Below are positions 1 to 13,282 of a DNA stretch of 64,000 nucleotides, one piece after another (position 1 is the first letter of the stretch; every line of letters starts with the position of its first letter). The stretch is from Lama guanicoe (lineage: Eukaryota), in NCBI GenBank assembly GCA_013239625.1, contig MU053758.1, positions 1,426,001 through 1,490,000 of the forward strand. The letters are read 5' to 3'. The notes under the pieces are model-generated. The model saw nothing but the letters and a program-made list of their open reading frames with translations, was not told where the DNA came from and did not search any database. A program made the translations under genes and the position numbers.

Positions 1-291
1 TAAAAATTAAATATAATTGGCATTTTCAAATCTGTAGACATATACATATCTGGATATAAGTATGCATGCACTAAAGTGTGTATGTTAGTAATCTACTAAA
101 TAGAAGCAGAACTTGAATACAACCATAACATATGTAAAGCCATAACAAGAAAAATCTTACAATCAAAACTACTACAATATTCACTTTGACTATTAAACTT
201 TACTAATGACACTAGATACCTACAGAGTTTATTACAAGACAGACCTACAAATTGGATTTTAAATGTCTTGTTTTAAAAAGCAATTGAGATA

Positions 292-462
292 AACAAGTTT
301 CTACTGTATAGCACAGGGAACTATATTCAATATCTTGTAGTAACCTATAATGAAAAGGAATATATGTACATATATGTATGACTGAAACATTATGCTGTAC
401 ACCAGAAATTGACACAACATTGTAAACTGACTATATTTCAACAAAGAAATAAATTAAAAAAT
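292..462 (+). mobile_element. 5'-truncated L1 3' UTR (artiodactyl-type)
   Basis: CTGTATAGCACAGGGAACTATATTCAATATCTTG motif and A-rich tail. TSD AAAGCAATT(G/A)AGATA at 277-291 and 463-477. Confidence 0.85.
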
Positions 463-539
463 AAAGCAATTAAGATATAATTTTGACTTACAATTTTAAA
501 AAATTCAGAACTGTGTACACAGTATGCTATCATTTATGA

Positions 540-640
540 CCACACACAATACATATGTATATATAGATATATACACAAACACACATATATATATTCATAT
601 ATCTATAGATATATGTAGCTATATAGACACACACACATAT
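540..640. repeat. Compound (TA)n/(CA)n low-complexity repeat
   Basis: Directly visible. Confidence 0.85.
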
Positions 641-1829
641 GAACATAGGTATGGCATCATGTGTATATATTGACTATGAAAGCTTTACATATTTACAAAA
701 TCTTTTAAAAAATATTCCTTTGGACCCTGGTCAAATTTTTATGACAAGCCCATTTATCAAACAAATCTAATGACTAAGTGCTCTCATTCTGGGTTTTCCA
801 AGTATGACTTATTGATATGGAGGCATTCTTGCCTAGGTCTTTAGGATTCCGACCAACCATAATTCAAAAACCAGACTCATCCTTAGAGAACACAAAAGGT
901 GAAGTGGCTCATCTTGTTTGCACAATCAGCCAATGCAAAATGCTCTTAACTATTAAAAAAAAAAAAAAGCAAACAGTCTTAATCATTGTACCACTTAGTC
1001 TCTGCCAAAATTTGTGAACCTCTCTCATGTAAGTTCTTCTAGAATATATAGAGTTTGTTTTCTGTTCAGCATCTGTGTAGGCATGCTATTTGGTCCAGCA
1101 TTTTTCCTCTAAATTACCCTGCTCACTTCCACAAATACTAGGATCTTCAGGAAACAAATGCATCAGTTTCCCTGGCCCCTTCATGAATCTAGTTCACTCA
1201 CCTCATTGTAATTTTCCCCCTCTCTGCTGGCCTTTCCCACTCTGTCACTTAATATGTTATTAACTCAGGTTCTCCCTTCTGCCTTAACGGGCCTCAAGGG
1301 GGATACAATGCCTTCTATTTAGTAAGCACATACCTCTGTGAGGGAACCTATTGTTGTTTAAACCGATTTGTATTATCAACGAATAACACAATGAGTAATT
1401 ATAAGGTAATTTCTGCTTTCCTTATTTAAAAATATCTAGGTCAAAGTTTCTAAATGAAAATTTGCTAAATACATCCACATGTGCTTAAATCCTATATTTC
1501 AATTTAACCTTTTATTCAATCTGTACTATGCTACGTAAAGCAATAAACATAAAAACTAAAAAACAAATAATAGCTTCCTTCCTGTGACCCAAAGGCTTCC
1601 TGTAAGGTCTCACTGATTCTCTGATCTCCTGGACTTAACAACATAAGCAAAATTACCTTACCTAGATACTGAAGTGTCTCACATTTTTTCAAATTTAAAT
1701 AATACCAGTTGTTATAAAAATAGAATATATTTTAAAATACTACTAAACTTATAGACTGTTGACCAAAAACTTAATCAATAGAGACTAAAAGTATCATTTC
1801 TACCTGTGAACTACCAAATGAAAAACTAC

Positions 1830-3080
1830 AGAGCAGTGGGGAAAGGATAATGTTCTAGTAAGTGGTACTGGGACAAAAGAATTTCCACTGAGGAATAAAA
1901 AAAACCAAGCTGAACCTGGATTCATACCACACCTAAGAAGTAGATTATGGAAGTCAAAACAATAAAGCTTTTAGAAGATAATACAGGAAGATATCTTCAT
2001 GATGCTGGAATAGGGGAAAACATTTTAAGGTCATAAAAAGCAATGATCATAAAGGAAAAAAATGATAAATTTGACCCCATGAGAATTAAGAACTCTGCAC
2101 ATTAAGAGGCACCATTAAGAAAGTGAAGATGCAGAAGATATCTGTAACACACAAGTGGTAAAGAACTTATATCCAAAACATAAAAAGAACTCCTTTAAAT
2201 TGTAAGAAAAAGACAAAAACCCAGTAGAAAAATGGATAAAAAACTTTAGTAGACACATCACAAGAGGAAATACTTACATCCAATATACATATAAAAGGTA
2301 ACCAATCTTATTAAAATTAGGAAATAAAAAATTAAAACCTCAATCAGATACCCAACAGGTTAGCTAACAGTAATAAATCTAAAAATATCAAGTGTTAAAG
2401 AGTACATGAAACAGCTGGAACTTACTTCTGAAGGCAGTATAACTGATATAGCCTGAAGATAGGTTATACCCTACAACCTAGCAACTCCACTCCTAGGCAT
2501 ACGCTTTATGGAAAAGTGTGCTTATGTGCACCAGGCTAAACATTAAGAATGTATATATAGCAGCATTGTGCACAGTAGCCTCAAAATGAAACAACCCAGA
2601 TGTTCATTAATGTCCACCAAAAGGAAAATGGATAAGTACATTTCGTATATTCCTATTATGGAATACAAGAGAGTGACAATAAAAAAGAATAAACTCCAGC
2701 TACACAAAACATAGATAAATCTTTAAAACTTAACAGTGAGTAAAAGTAACCACACAGTATTTACTATGTGATTCCATTTACATAAAGTACAAAAAAAGGG
2801 CAAATTTTAAGCTACATCATTCAGGGATTTACACTTACATTGTCACACTACAAAGCAAGCTAAGAAAAGTATTACCTCAAAAGTCAAAGTAATGTAATCT
2901 CCTGGGGGAAGGAGAGGATGTGATCAGAAAGGGGCATGAGAGGTTTTTAGGGTTACAGTACTAAGCTATGTAATTGCTATATGTACTTCTGTGCTTGCTT
3001 CAGTGGCACATATACTAAAATTGTTATACGTACTTTTTGTTGTACATGATAATTTTCACAATAAAGAGTTTAAAATTTTT
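1830..3080 (+). mobile_element. Ancient L1 (L1M-type) ORF2 3' end and 3' UTR
   Basis: Degenerate ORF2 C-terminal motifs (ctagcaactccactcctaggcat, tgtgattccatttacataaagt). Hosts the U6 fragment. Confidence 0.7.
2991..3023 (+). pseudogene. 3'-truncated U6 snRNA retropseudogene (first 33 nt)
   Basis: GTGCTTGCTTCAGTGGCACATATACTAAAATTG is 29/33 identical to the U6 5' end (GTGCTCGCTTCGGCAGCACATATACTAAAATTG). Flanked by a degenerate 19-bp direct repeat (2972-2990 / 3019-3037, 16/19). Confidence 0.85.
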
Positions 3081-3442
3081 AAGGAGAGGGGGTCATACTA
3101 AAAACAGATGGATACCTTCTACCCTAATCCCAAAACATTTCTTACAGTGTTTTAAACATGGCTGGACAGATTGAGGGATGAAAGCAGTTTACACCATAGA
3201 TGCTAAAAACAAACAAAAAGTCCATTAATCACTCTCAATAGAAACTCCTAATAAATAGATATAGATAAAAGTTCAGTGCTTGCAAGTGATAAGACTACAG
3301 GTCAGGAAAATCCAAGACAGTCAACTGAGAAACTACTAGAAATGGTAAGAAAATTTAGTAAAGGTAGCATGATAGAGAAATCAAGAGCCTTGTATATCTT
3401 ATAACTAAAAGATATAATGGAAGATAAGACCCCATTCATAAT

Positions 3443-5633
3443 ACCCGTCTATCCCTTCCCACCCTCCGCTCCCTTGGCAACCACAAGTTTGTATTCTATG
3501 TCTATGAGTCTGTTTCTGTTTTGTATTCATGCTTTGCTTGTTTTTGTTTTTTTAGATTCCACATATGAGCGATCTCATACGGTATTTTTCTTTCTCTTTC
3601 TGGCTTACTTCACTTAGAACGACATTCTCCAGGAGCATCCGTGTTGGTGCAAATGGAGTTATGTTGTCGGTTTTTATGGCTGAGTAGTATTCCATTGTAT
3701 AAATATACCACCTCTTCTTTATCCAGTCATCTGTTGATGGACATTTAGGCTGTCTCCATGTCTTGGCTATTGTAAATAGTGCTGCTATGAACATTGGGAT
3801 GCAGGTGTCATCCTGAAGTAGNNNNNNNNNNNNNNNNNNNNNNNNNNNNNNNNNNNNNNNNNNNNNNNNNNNNNNNNNNNNNNNNNNNNNNNNNNNNNNN
3901 NNNNNNNNNNNNNNNNNNNNNNNNNNNNNNNNNNNNNNNNNNNNNNNNNNNNNNNNNNNNNNNNNNNNNNNNNNNNNNNNNNNNNNNNNNNNNNNNNNNN
4001 NNNNNNNNNNNNNNNNNNNNNNNNNNNNNNNNNNNNNNNNNNNNNNNNNNNNNNNNNNNNNNNNNNNNNNNNNNNNNNNNNNNNNNNNNNNNNNNNNNNN
4101 NNNNNNNNNNNNNNNCTGTGCAGAAGCTTGTAAGTTTCATTAGGTCCCATTTGTTTATTCTTGCTTTTATTTCTATTGCTTGAGTAGACTGTTCTAGGAG
4201 AACATTTTTGAGATGTATGTCAGATAACGTTTTGCCTGTATTTTCTTCTAGGAGGTTTATTGTATCTTGTCTTATGTTTAAGTCTTTGATCCATTTTGAG
4301 CTGATTTTTGGGTATGGTGTAAGGGAGTGTTCTAGCTTCATTGCTTTACATGCTGCTGTCCAGTTTTCCCAACAGCATTTGCTGAAGAGACTGTCTTTAT
4401 TCCATTGTATATTCTTGCCTCCTTTGTCGAAGATTAGTTGACCAAAAGTTTGTGGGTTCATTTCTGGGCTCTCTGTTCTGTTCCATTGGTCTATATGTCT
4501 GTTTTTGTACCAATACTATGCTGTCTTGATGACTGTAGCTCTGTAGTATTGGCTGAAGTCTGGGAGAGTTATTCCTCCAGCCTCTTTCTTTCTCTTCAGT
4601 AATGCTTTGGCAATTCTAGGTCTTTGATGATTCCATATAAATTTTATTATGATTTGTTCTAGTTCTGTGAAATATGTCCTCGGTAATTTGATAGGGATTG
4701 CCTTAAAGCTGTAGATTGCCTTGGGCAGTGTGACCATTTTAACAATACTGATTCTTCCAATCCAAGAGCATTGGATATCTTCACATTTTTTTTAAAGTCT
4801 TCTTTAATTTCCTTCATCAGTGGTTTATAGCTTTCTGTGTATAATTCTTTCACCTCCTTGGTTAGATTTATTCCTAGGTATTTTATTACTTTGGGTGCTA
4901 TTTTAAAGGGGATTGTTTCTTTACTTTCTTTTTCTGTTGATTCATCGTTAGTGTAAAGAAATGCAACTGATTTTTGAATGTTAATCTTGTAACCTGCTAC
5001 CTTGCTGAATTCTTCAATCGGCTCTAGTTTTTATGTGGACCTTTTAGGGTTTTCTGTATATAGTAACATGTCATCAGCATACGGTGACACTTTTACCTCT
5101 TCTTTTCCAATTTGGATATCTTTTATTTCTCTCTCGTCTGATTGTTGTGGCTAGGACTTCCAAGACTTCCAAGACTATGTTGAATAGGAGTGGTGATAGT
5201 GGGCATCCTTGTCCCAGATTTTAGTGGGAAGCTTTTGAGTTTTTCACTGTTGAGTACTATGCTGGCTGTAGGTTTGTCATATATAGCTTTTATTATGTTG
5301 AGATAAGATATGTCCATGCCCACTTTGGTGAGTTTTTATCATAAATGGGTATTGAATTTTATCAAATGCTTTTTCTGCATCTATTGAGATGATCATGTGG
5401 TTTTTGTCCTTTCTCTTGTTGATGTGATGTATTACATTGATTGATTTGCATATGTTGAACCACCCTTGTGTCCTAGGGATGAACCCCACTTGGTCATGAT
5501 GTATAATCTTTTTTATGTGCTGTTGGATTCTATTTGCTAATATTTTGGTGAGGATTTTGGCATCTGTGTTCATCAGTGATATTGGCCTATAATTCTCTTT
5601 TTTGGTAGTGTCTTTGCCTGATTTTGGTATCAG
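3443..5633 (-). mobile_element. Relatively young L1 fragment, ORF2 RT domain to partial 3' UTR, frameshifted
   Basis: ORF track peptides [50 protein letters not shown] and MFIAALFTIAKTWRQPKCPS are L1 ORF2 segments in different frames. Lacks a 3' end and poly(A). Confidence 0.93.
3822..4115. other. Assembly gap (294 N)
   Basis: Run of N inside an L1 ORF2. Confidence 1.
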
Positions 5634-5786
5634 TATAAATCATCTGGGAATATATTTAATAAGTGTATAAAATCTTTATAAAGAAAATTTTAAACATTAC
5701 TTACAGACACAAAAGACAGACAATGGAAAGGTAAATAATATTCTTAGGGATAATATCTTAGTGTTGTTAATTCTCTTTAAGTTACA

Positions 5787-6470
5787 TATTATATGCAGCA
5801 ACGTAAATGGACCTAAAGAATATTATGCCTAGTGAAATGTCAGACAGAGAAATAACAAAAACATTAATTTGAAAAGATACATGCACCCCAGTGTTCACAG
5901 CAGCACTATTTCCAATAGCCAAGACAAGGAAGCAACCCAAGTGCCCATCAACAGACGAACAGGTAAAGATGTGGTATATACACACAAAATAGAAAATTAC
6001 TAAGACATAAAGAAGAAATTCTGCCATTTGCAGCAATGTAGATGGCCCTAAAGAATATTATGCTTGGTGAAATAAGTCAGACAGAGAAAGACAAATACCA
6101 GATGATATCACTTATATATGGTATCTTAAAAATAATACAATTGAATGTATATGCAAAACAGAAACAGACTCACAGATATAGAAAACAAACTAGTGGTTAC
6201 CAAAGGGGAGAAGGAAGGTAAGAGGAGCAATATAGGGGTACGGGATTAACAGATACAAACTACTATGTATAAAATAGATAAGCAACAAAGATATACTGTA
6301 TAGCACAGGGAATTATAACCATTATCTTGTAATAACTTTTAATGGAGTATAATCTGAAAAAATACTAAATCACTGCTGTATACCTGAATCCAATACAATA
6401 TTGTAAATCAACTCTACTTCAATTAAATAAAGCTTTAAAAACGTTTAATAAATAAATATGCCTTAAGATC
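5787..6470 (+). mobile_element. L1 3' end (ORF2 C-terminus plus 3' UTR)
   Basis: aagatacatgcaccccagtgttcacagcagcactattt and a typical 3' UTR ending aatcaactctacttcaatt. Putative TSD TAAGTTACA at 5778-5786 and 6473-6481. Confidence 0.85.
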
Positions 6471-9430
6471 TATAAGTTACAAAAGAAACAAATACATTTA
6501 ATGCAAAAATACTTCGGAATTACAAAAATAACCATAAACAAAAATCAAAAGATCAGTAAGAAATTAGGGAAATGATTATAAATCAATAAAAAATGTTAAA
6601 AAAAAGAAATTAGGGGAAAAAATACTACAACTCATATTATGGAAAAAGTAGTATCAGTGAAAAAGGGCAGCATCCAATCAAAATGGGCAATGATATGAAC
6701 AGACAGATAACAGAAAAATAAAATACAAATGGTTTTTTAAACATATGAAAAGATTTAAATTTTACTATAAAAAGAAATGCAAAGTAAAGGCACTGCAAAA
6801 TACCCATTTTTTTTAACCTATCAGATCAACAAAGATAAAAAATTGAGAAGATATGCTGCTGAGCAGGGTGTTTGATTAACAAGCTGGTAGATATTGGTAC
6901 AATATGACAATATAATCTGACAGTACAATTTGACAATATCAATCAAAATTAATGATTTACGATAAATATATTCCGTGGAATACTATTTCACCATAAAAAA
7001 GAGGAAGCTCTTTATGTACTGATTTATAACAAGCTTCAAGATAAGCAAAGAAAAAACAATTCTTCAGAAGATGCTACATTTATATTAAAAACAAAGTTCA
7101 CAATCAACTAAAGTTGGTATTTCACAAGGAAAATTTAGCAGAAGCAGTAAGTTTTAAATTGAGAACAACTGCTCCTCTTCCTCACTCCACTTAACTTTTT
7201 AATGTTAGCTCTCAACACATATACTCTCTTTCTCCCTCTTCTCTGCATCAAAAAAGGCTTCCTATATTAATATTTGAGCATGATGATCTTGGACTGAAAG
7301 GTAATCATTAGTTGAGCTGTGAAACACTTTTTTCCCCTGAATGTTTAAATATGATGAAATTTCATCACAGAAAAGGAAATACAAAGAGAGAACTACAAGA
7401 TGGTACACTCAGGAGGCCACATTTTTTAAAAGACTGAAACAGAAAAAATACATAAAGTCAGCCAAAGTTGTTATTGCTTAAGTCATCTAAAAAGATCTGT
7501 ATTGGATTCTGCCCTTGTATTATATTGAGATACAAATGTAAAATCTTCTAAAAACTCCAATATTAGAAGTTCCAATTCAACTGTACTTCAAAAGTTTCTT
7601 TATAAACTGTCTGTTTGGAGCTCAGAATGTCATTTCCTCCAAGGCACTGCTGTATGTGTGTAATAGGAAACCTAGTCCACATAATTCTATACAGCCCACA
7701 TATGCCTGTATAATTCAGTACTACATTAAACATGTGATGAGGTTTTATTTTGTTTTTTTTTAAATTGTTTTGTTAATTTAATTTTGCTTTTTAATTGAAT
7801 ATGGTAGGCCTACCTACCATACTGTTTCTATGGTTTTAGGAGCCATTCTGGTGTATGCACATAGTTCAAGCAGTACCTATATTCACAGTTCCATATTTTG
7901 AAATGGATTTATATAATGTAGTGATGATCCTATCCCATTAGGCTATCCAGAAAGTCTAAAGAGAATTAGCCACTTCCAAATATGAATCAGGTCCAAGAGA
8001 ACAAAGAAATTCCGTTTAGAATATGCCTATTTTTAACAAATGACTGTTGTGTATTTAGTTAAATGACTCATCAGCAGTACAAACATTAGAGTAACACAAA
8101 GACATGGATTCTAGACCTTCTCTTACACTATTACTTAATCTATCTGGATCTTAGTTTCCTCATCTGTAAAACAATTAGAAACTTTATTTCAAGTAATGTT
8201 ACAGTATATAATTTAAACAAATTCTCCTTCTCTCTTAGTCAACTCCCTCAAAACTCAAAAAGCTAGATGGGGGAAAAATCCCTTCTTAAAAGCATAAAGA
8301 AGCAACAAGATAAGGAAGTCAGGATGAAGAAGAAACAGGATTTTACAAAGAGGAAGCTTCTGCATGCCAGGCAACTTTTGTTCTGGAGTCATTTGTTGAT
8401 CTGGCAGACATGCCTTAGAGGCTGAGTCTTGTGGGCCCCTGGGACAAAAGTTGGAATTCAGGGCCCATCAAGACTGGAGGGGTCTTGGTAAATCATTTCC
8501 TTCTCTGAATTCGAATCTCAAAAGGTGATAACCTCATCATAAAAGTGACTATGAAGAAAACTAGTCCACACACAGACTGCAATAAAACTTTAGAAAATGT
8601 GAAGCCCTGATATTAGAAAAAGATTATATCTGAGTACTAGTGACCCCTAGATGAACTCAACAAAAATCTCCAGATGAAGAAGAGGATCATCTTATTTTGA
8701 CGATACAATTTTCCTAATTTAACATCCAACACTGGGTGAATGCTATACCAGAGTTATTTAACTAGTTTAGGAACTTTTGTAATATTCAAATTATTTCATA
8801 ATCAAAAGTTAAAAAAAATTTTTTTAATAATCAAATAAACCCTGGCACACCAGAGAACAAGACAAATTAAATCAAACCACTTAAAACAATGGGCAATAAA
8901 ATAAAACAGGAGCCCCTAGATATTAGCAGATATTTTTATACATTTTCTATGCTCAAGAAGATAAAAGCCTAAGCTTGAAAAACTTGACAGGGAATGAGAA
9001 ACTACCAAACAAAAAAATAACCAAACAACCTGTGCACTTGGAAAAATAAATTACAGAACAAAAACATACAATAACAAAAAAATGAAACAAAACACCTTCA
9101 ATGGACAATCTTAAAAGCAGATTAGACACAGCTGAGGAAAAGAATTAGTGAGTTAGAAGACAAGCCAAAATAAAAGATCCAAAGCAAAGCACATGACAAA
9201 AGGATAAAAAATACAGGGAAGGATAAAAAAGATGGAGGATACTGTTAGGAGAACAAACACACATTTAACTGGAATCCCAGGAGAGCAGATGAGAGGGCAG
9301 AATGAAGTAAAAGCAGTAGCTGAAGAGGTAATGACTGAGACCATTCTAAAACCAATTAAAAGATATTAAGTCATAGATTCACCAAGCCCTTCAAATCCCA
9401 AGCAGGCTACATTAAAAAGAAAGCCAACTA

Positions 9431-9700
9431 GGGGAAGTGGGGGGTAGGGGAGAGGGACAGATTAGGAGTTTGGGATTAACAGATATACATTACTATAAAC
9501 AAATAAACAACAAGGGCCTACTGTACAGCAGAGAGAACTATATTCAATTTCTTGTCATGAGCTGTAATGGAAAAGAAACTAAAAATATACGTATGTATGT
9601 ATATACATGTATGTATGTATATTCTGTACACCTGAAACTAACATTGTAAATCAACTACACTTCAATAAAATATAAGAATTTTTAAAAAAGGAAAAAAAAA
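9431..9700 (+). mobile_element. L1 3' UTR insertion
   Basis: Artiodactyl-type L1 3' UTR with A tail. TSD AAGCCAACTA at 9421-9430 and 9701-9710. Confidence 0.85.
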
Positions 9701-9934
9701 AAGCCAACTACGTACAGTATAGTTAAACTGCAGAAAACCAAAGACTAAGAGCAGCTAGGGTAGGGAGGTTTGGGGGAGGACTAGTGTTAAAGAAATAACA
9801 GCCTGAAAGCTGACTTCTTAAGATTAGCAATGGAAGAAAGATGAAAGTGGAATAAGCCAATGTACTGGAAGAAAATAATTGCCAATCTAGAGTTTTACAG
9901 CCAGCAAAAATTAATCCTCAAAAATGAATGTTAT

Positions 9935-11200
9935 AACCCAGGCATTTGTGGTTAATTAATTTATGACAAAGGAGGGAAGAATATACAGTGGAGAAAGGAC
10001 AGTCTATTCAGTAAGTAATGCTGGGAAAACTGGACAGCTACATGTCACACAATGAGATTAGAACATTTCCTCACACCATACACAAAAATAAACTAAAAGT
10101 GGATTAAGGACTTAAATATAAGACCTGAAACCATAAAACTTCTAGAGGAGAACACTGGCAGAACACTATTTGACATAAATCACAGCAATAATTTGGGGGG
10201 GGGGTCTGTCTCCTAAGGCAAAAGAAATAAAAGCAAATGTAAACAAATGGGACCTAATTAAACTTAAAAGCTTTTGCACAGCAAAGGAAACCATTGACAA
10301 AACAAAAGACAACCTATGGAATGAGAGAAAATATTTGAAAATGACATGACTGACAAGGGATTAATATCCAAAATATATAAATAGCTCATACAACTCAATA
10401 TCAAAAGAACAAACAGCCCAATCAAAAAATGGGCAGAAGACCTGAACAGACAGGTCTTCAAAAAAGACATACAGTGGCTAGCAGGCACATGGGAAAAAAT
10501 GCTCAAAATCTCTCATTATTAAAGAAACACAAATCAAAACAACAATGAGATATCACTTCACACCTATGTCAGAATGGCTATCATCAAAAAGTCTACAAAT
10601 AATAAATGTTGGTGAGGATGTGGAGAAAAGGGAAACTTGCACACCACTGGTAGAAATGTAGGTTGGTGTAGCCACTATGGAAAACAGTATGGAGGTTCCT
10701 CAAAAAACTAAAAATACAACTACCATATGACCTGCAATTCCACTCTTGACTACTGATTTGAAAAAAATGAAAACACTAATTTGGAAAGATAATGTGCTCC
10801 AATGTTCAGAGCAGAATTATTTACAATAGTGAAGATATGGGAGCAACTCCAGTGTTCATCAACAGATGATGGAAAACTACTCAGCCACAAAAAGAATAAA
10901 ATTCTGCTACTTGCAATAATATGGATGAGTCAGAGAAACACTGTAGGCTATCACTTATAGGTGAAATCTAAAAAATAAGACAAGTGAATGTATATAGCAA
11001 AACAGAAACAGACTCATAAATACAGAGAACAAACTAGTGGTTACCAGTGGGGAAAGAGAAGGGGGAGGAGCAAGATAGGGGTAGGAGATTAAGAGATACA
11101 AACTATTATGTATAAAATAGACTGTCAAAACTCATTGAATTGCAAAATGGACACTAAAAATTAATACATCTTACTGTAAATAAATTATACTTCAATAAAG
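9935..11200 (+). mobile_element. L1 ORF2 3' portion and 3' UTR
   Basis: aattaatttatgacaaaggagggaagaatatacagtggagaaaggacag, then cttttgcacagcaaaggaaacc, ending tacttcaataaag. Confidence 0.88.
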
Positions 11201-13282
11201 TAGGAACCAAAACGAAGGTTAAGAAAATAAAGATACTCTCAAAGAAACAAAAACAGACTTTGCCATCAGCAGACCCATATTAAACATTACAAATTGTATT
11301 CTTGAAACAAAAAAAACAATGATTCCAGGATTGCTGGAATAAAGAACAACAAAAACGGTAAATATTTGGGTAAAGCTAAATGACCATTATACCACATAAC
11401 AACAATAACATCTTTATTATTTAATAACATTTACTAACTAAATATATTTAAACTACACCACAACAATAGCATGTAATTCAGAGGGGGATAAATGGTGATT
11501 AAGTGCTCTAAGATCCTTGTATTACCCAGGAGAAGGGTAAAATGATCATTAACACTGGATTTTTTTTTATAAGTAAGGGATGGCTCTTGTAATTCTTGAG
11601 GGTACTGACACATCCATAAAACAACAACAACAACAAAACAATCTTTTTAACTTGTCTAACTAAGAGAATGTGAGAAAGCACATAAGAAAATGTTAGGTTT
11701 AAAGCCATAACAGTAATCACTTTGAATGTAAATGGATTAAATGCTTTATTCAGATGGTAAAAATTCTCAGACTAGAATTATGAAGAAAAAGAAAGAACAA
11801 TGAGCTGTTTATGTAAGATACCTAAAACATAAAGATTCAAAAAGAGTGAAGGTAAGGAATGAGAAAAAAATAGCATGTAAACATTAACCAGTAATTCTTA
11901 AAACAAGTAGGAAAAAATCAGTAAAAATGAAGATTTAAACAAAATTAACAAACAAACATGATTTCATAAGACATACATAAACTATTACATCCAAAAACTA
12001 TACCTTTTTGAAGCACACAAAAGGATTTTAAAAGTTGACCATATCTTGGGCTATAAAACAAGTCTTAAAGTCCAAAGGACTGAAATATATAGTATATTTC
12101 CTGAATATATATTTCATTCAGGAAATATACTATATATGAAACTAGAAAATCTCCAGGTACACCTAAACATCCTATAGATCAAAAATCTGAAAATATTTTG
12201 AACTGAATGATAAAAATACAACACATCAAAAAATGTAGAGGCAGATCAGTGGCTACCTGGAGATGGAGGAGAAGGGGACAAATGGATTACAAAGGAGCAC
12301 AAGAAAACATTGTGGGGGTAACAGATATGTTCATTATCCTTGTTATAGTCACAGATCAAAAAGTATCAAACTATACATTTTAATATGTGCAGTTTGTTAT
12401 ATGTCAATACTGCATATACCCTCATAAAACTATTTTTAAAAAAAAAAGAGGGAGGAAGAAGAGGAGGAAAGGAGGAAGAGGAGCAGCAGCAGCAGGCAAA
12501 AGCTACAGTCACTGCTTGAAAAATTTTCCTCCAAACAAACAAGCCAAAGGAAGTGGGGGATGCAGCTAAAAGCAGTATATTTTTAGGAGGAAAATTTATA
12601 GCTTTAAATGAATATACTAGAAAAGCAATTAATAAGCCAAGCATCCATCTCAAGAAGTCTTTTAAAAAAAAAAAAAACTTAAAACAAACCCAAAGAAAGT
12701 AGAAGGAAATAATAAAGAGAAGTTAAGGAAATAAAAAATAAACATTCAATTGAAGATTTTAAAAAAATCAAAAGTTGGTTCTTTGAAAAGACTAATAAAA
12801 TCAACAAAGATCTGAGGATTAAGGGGAGAAAAAGTGGAGGCATAAATAAATAAAATATATCAATAAATATGATAAATTTTAAAAATTATTTATATAGAAT
12901 ATATACATAGATAAATAAAATGATATTTTATTATAAGGTTTCTGGAAGCTAAGATCCTCTGTAATTCTACAATTTTGAAACTATATACAAGAGAGCTTTT
13001 CCAAACAATGTCCTGTGGCAGTTCTAAATATGAATTACTGGTTTACCAAGATACTGATTTCCTTGGCCTTTGGGTCAACCAATAGGTCTTGAGAAATGAA
13101 AGATCTCTGACTCCCTCCTCGTGTGAGCCTCTTCTTTCTGATGTACCAAGAAAACATTATTATTTTCTGCTAATGTCTTCGGAAAAAACTTAAGAAGCAC
13201 TGATTTGGAGAACAAATAACTCTTCCAACTTAGCATTTAAGATCAGCATATATTTAATGAAAAAAGACAAAAGATGCTAATC

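Larger units (their letters stand above)
8180..12850 (+). mobile_element. Old L1 5' UTR/ORF1/ORF2-start remnant interrupted by younger L1 pieces
   Basis: ORF1-like cagattagacacagctgaggaaaagaattagtgagttagaaga (~9120) and ORF2 EN-like ttgaatgtaaatggattaaatgc (~11722). Boundaries approximate. Confidence 0.65.

Noticed and set aside
1655..1850. Possible cryptic exon on the minus strand (acceptor at 1826, donors at 1803 or ~1661)
   Set aside because: The acceptor lies at the edge of an old L1, there is no similarity to NPEPPS, and such motifs are common by chance.
3785..4461. Long ORFs containing X runs
   Set aside because: Artefacts of the N gap. The real residues are L1 ORF2.
5154..5176. GACTTCCAA tandem duplication in the young L1
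   Set aside because: An ordinary 9-bp slippage duplication in a dead element.
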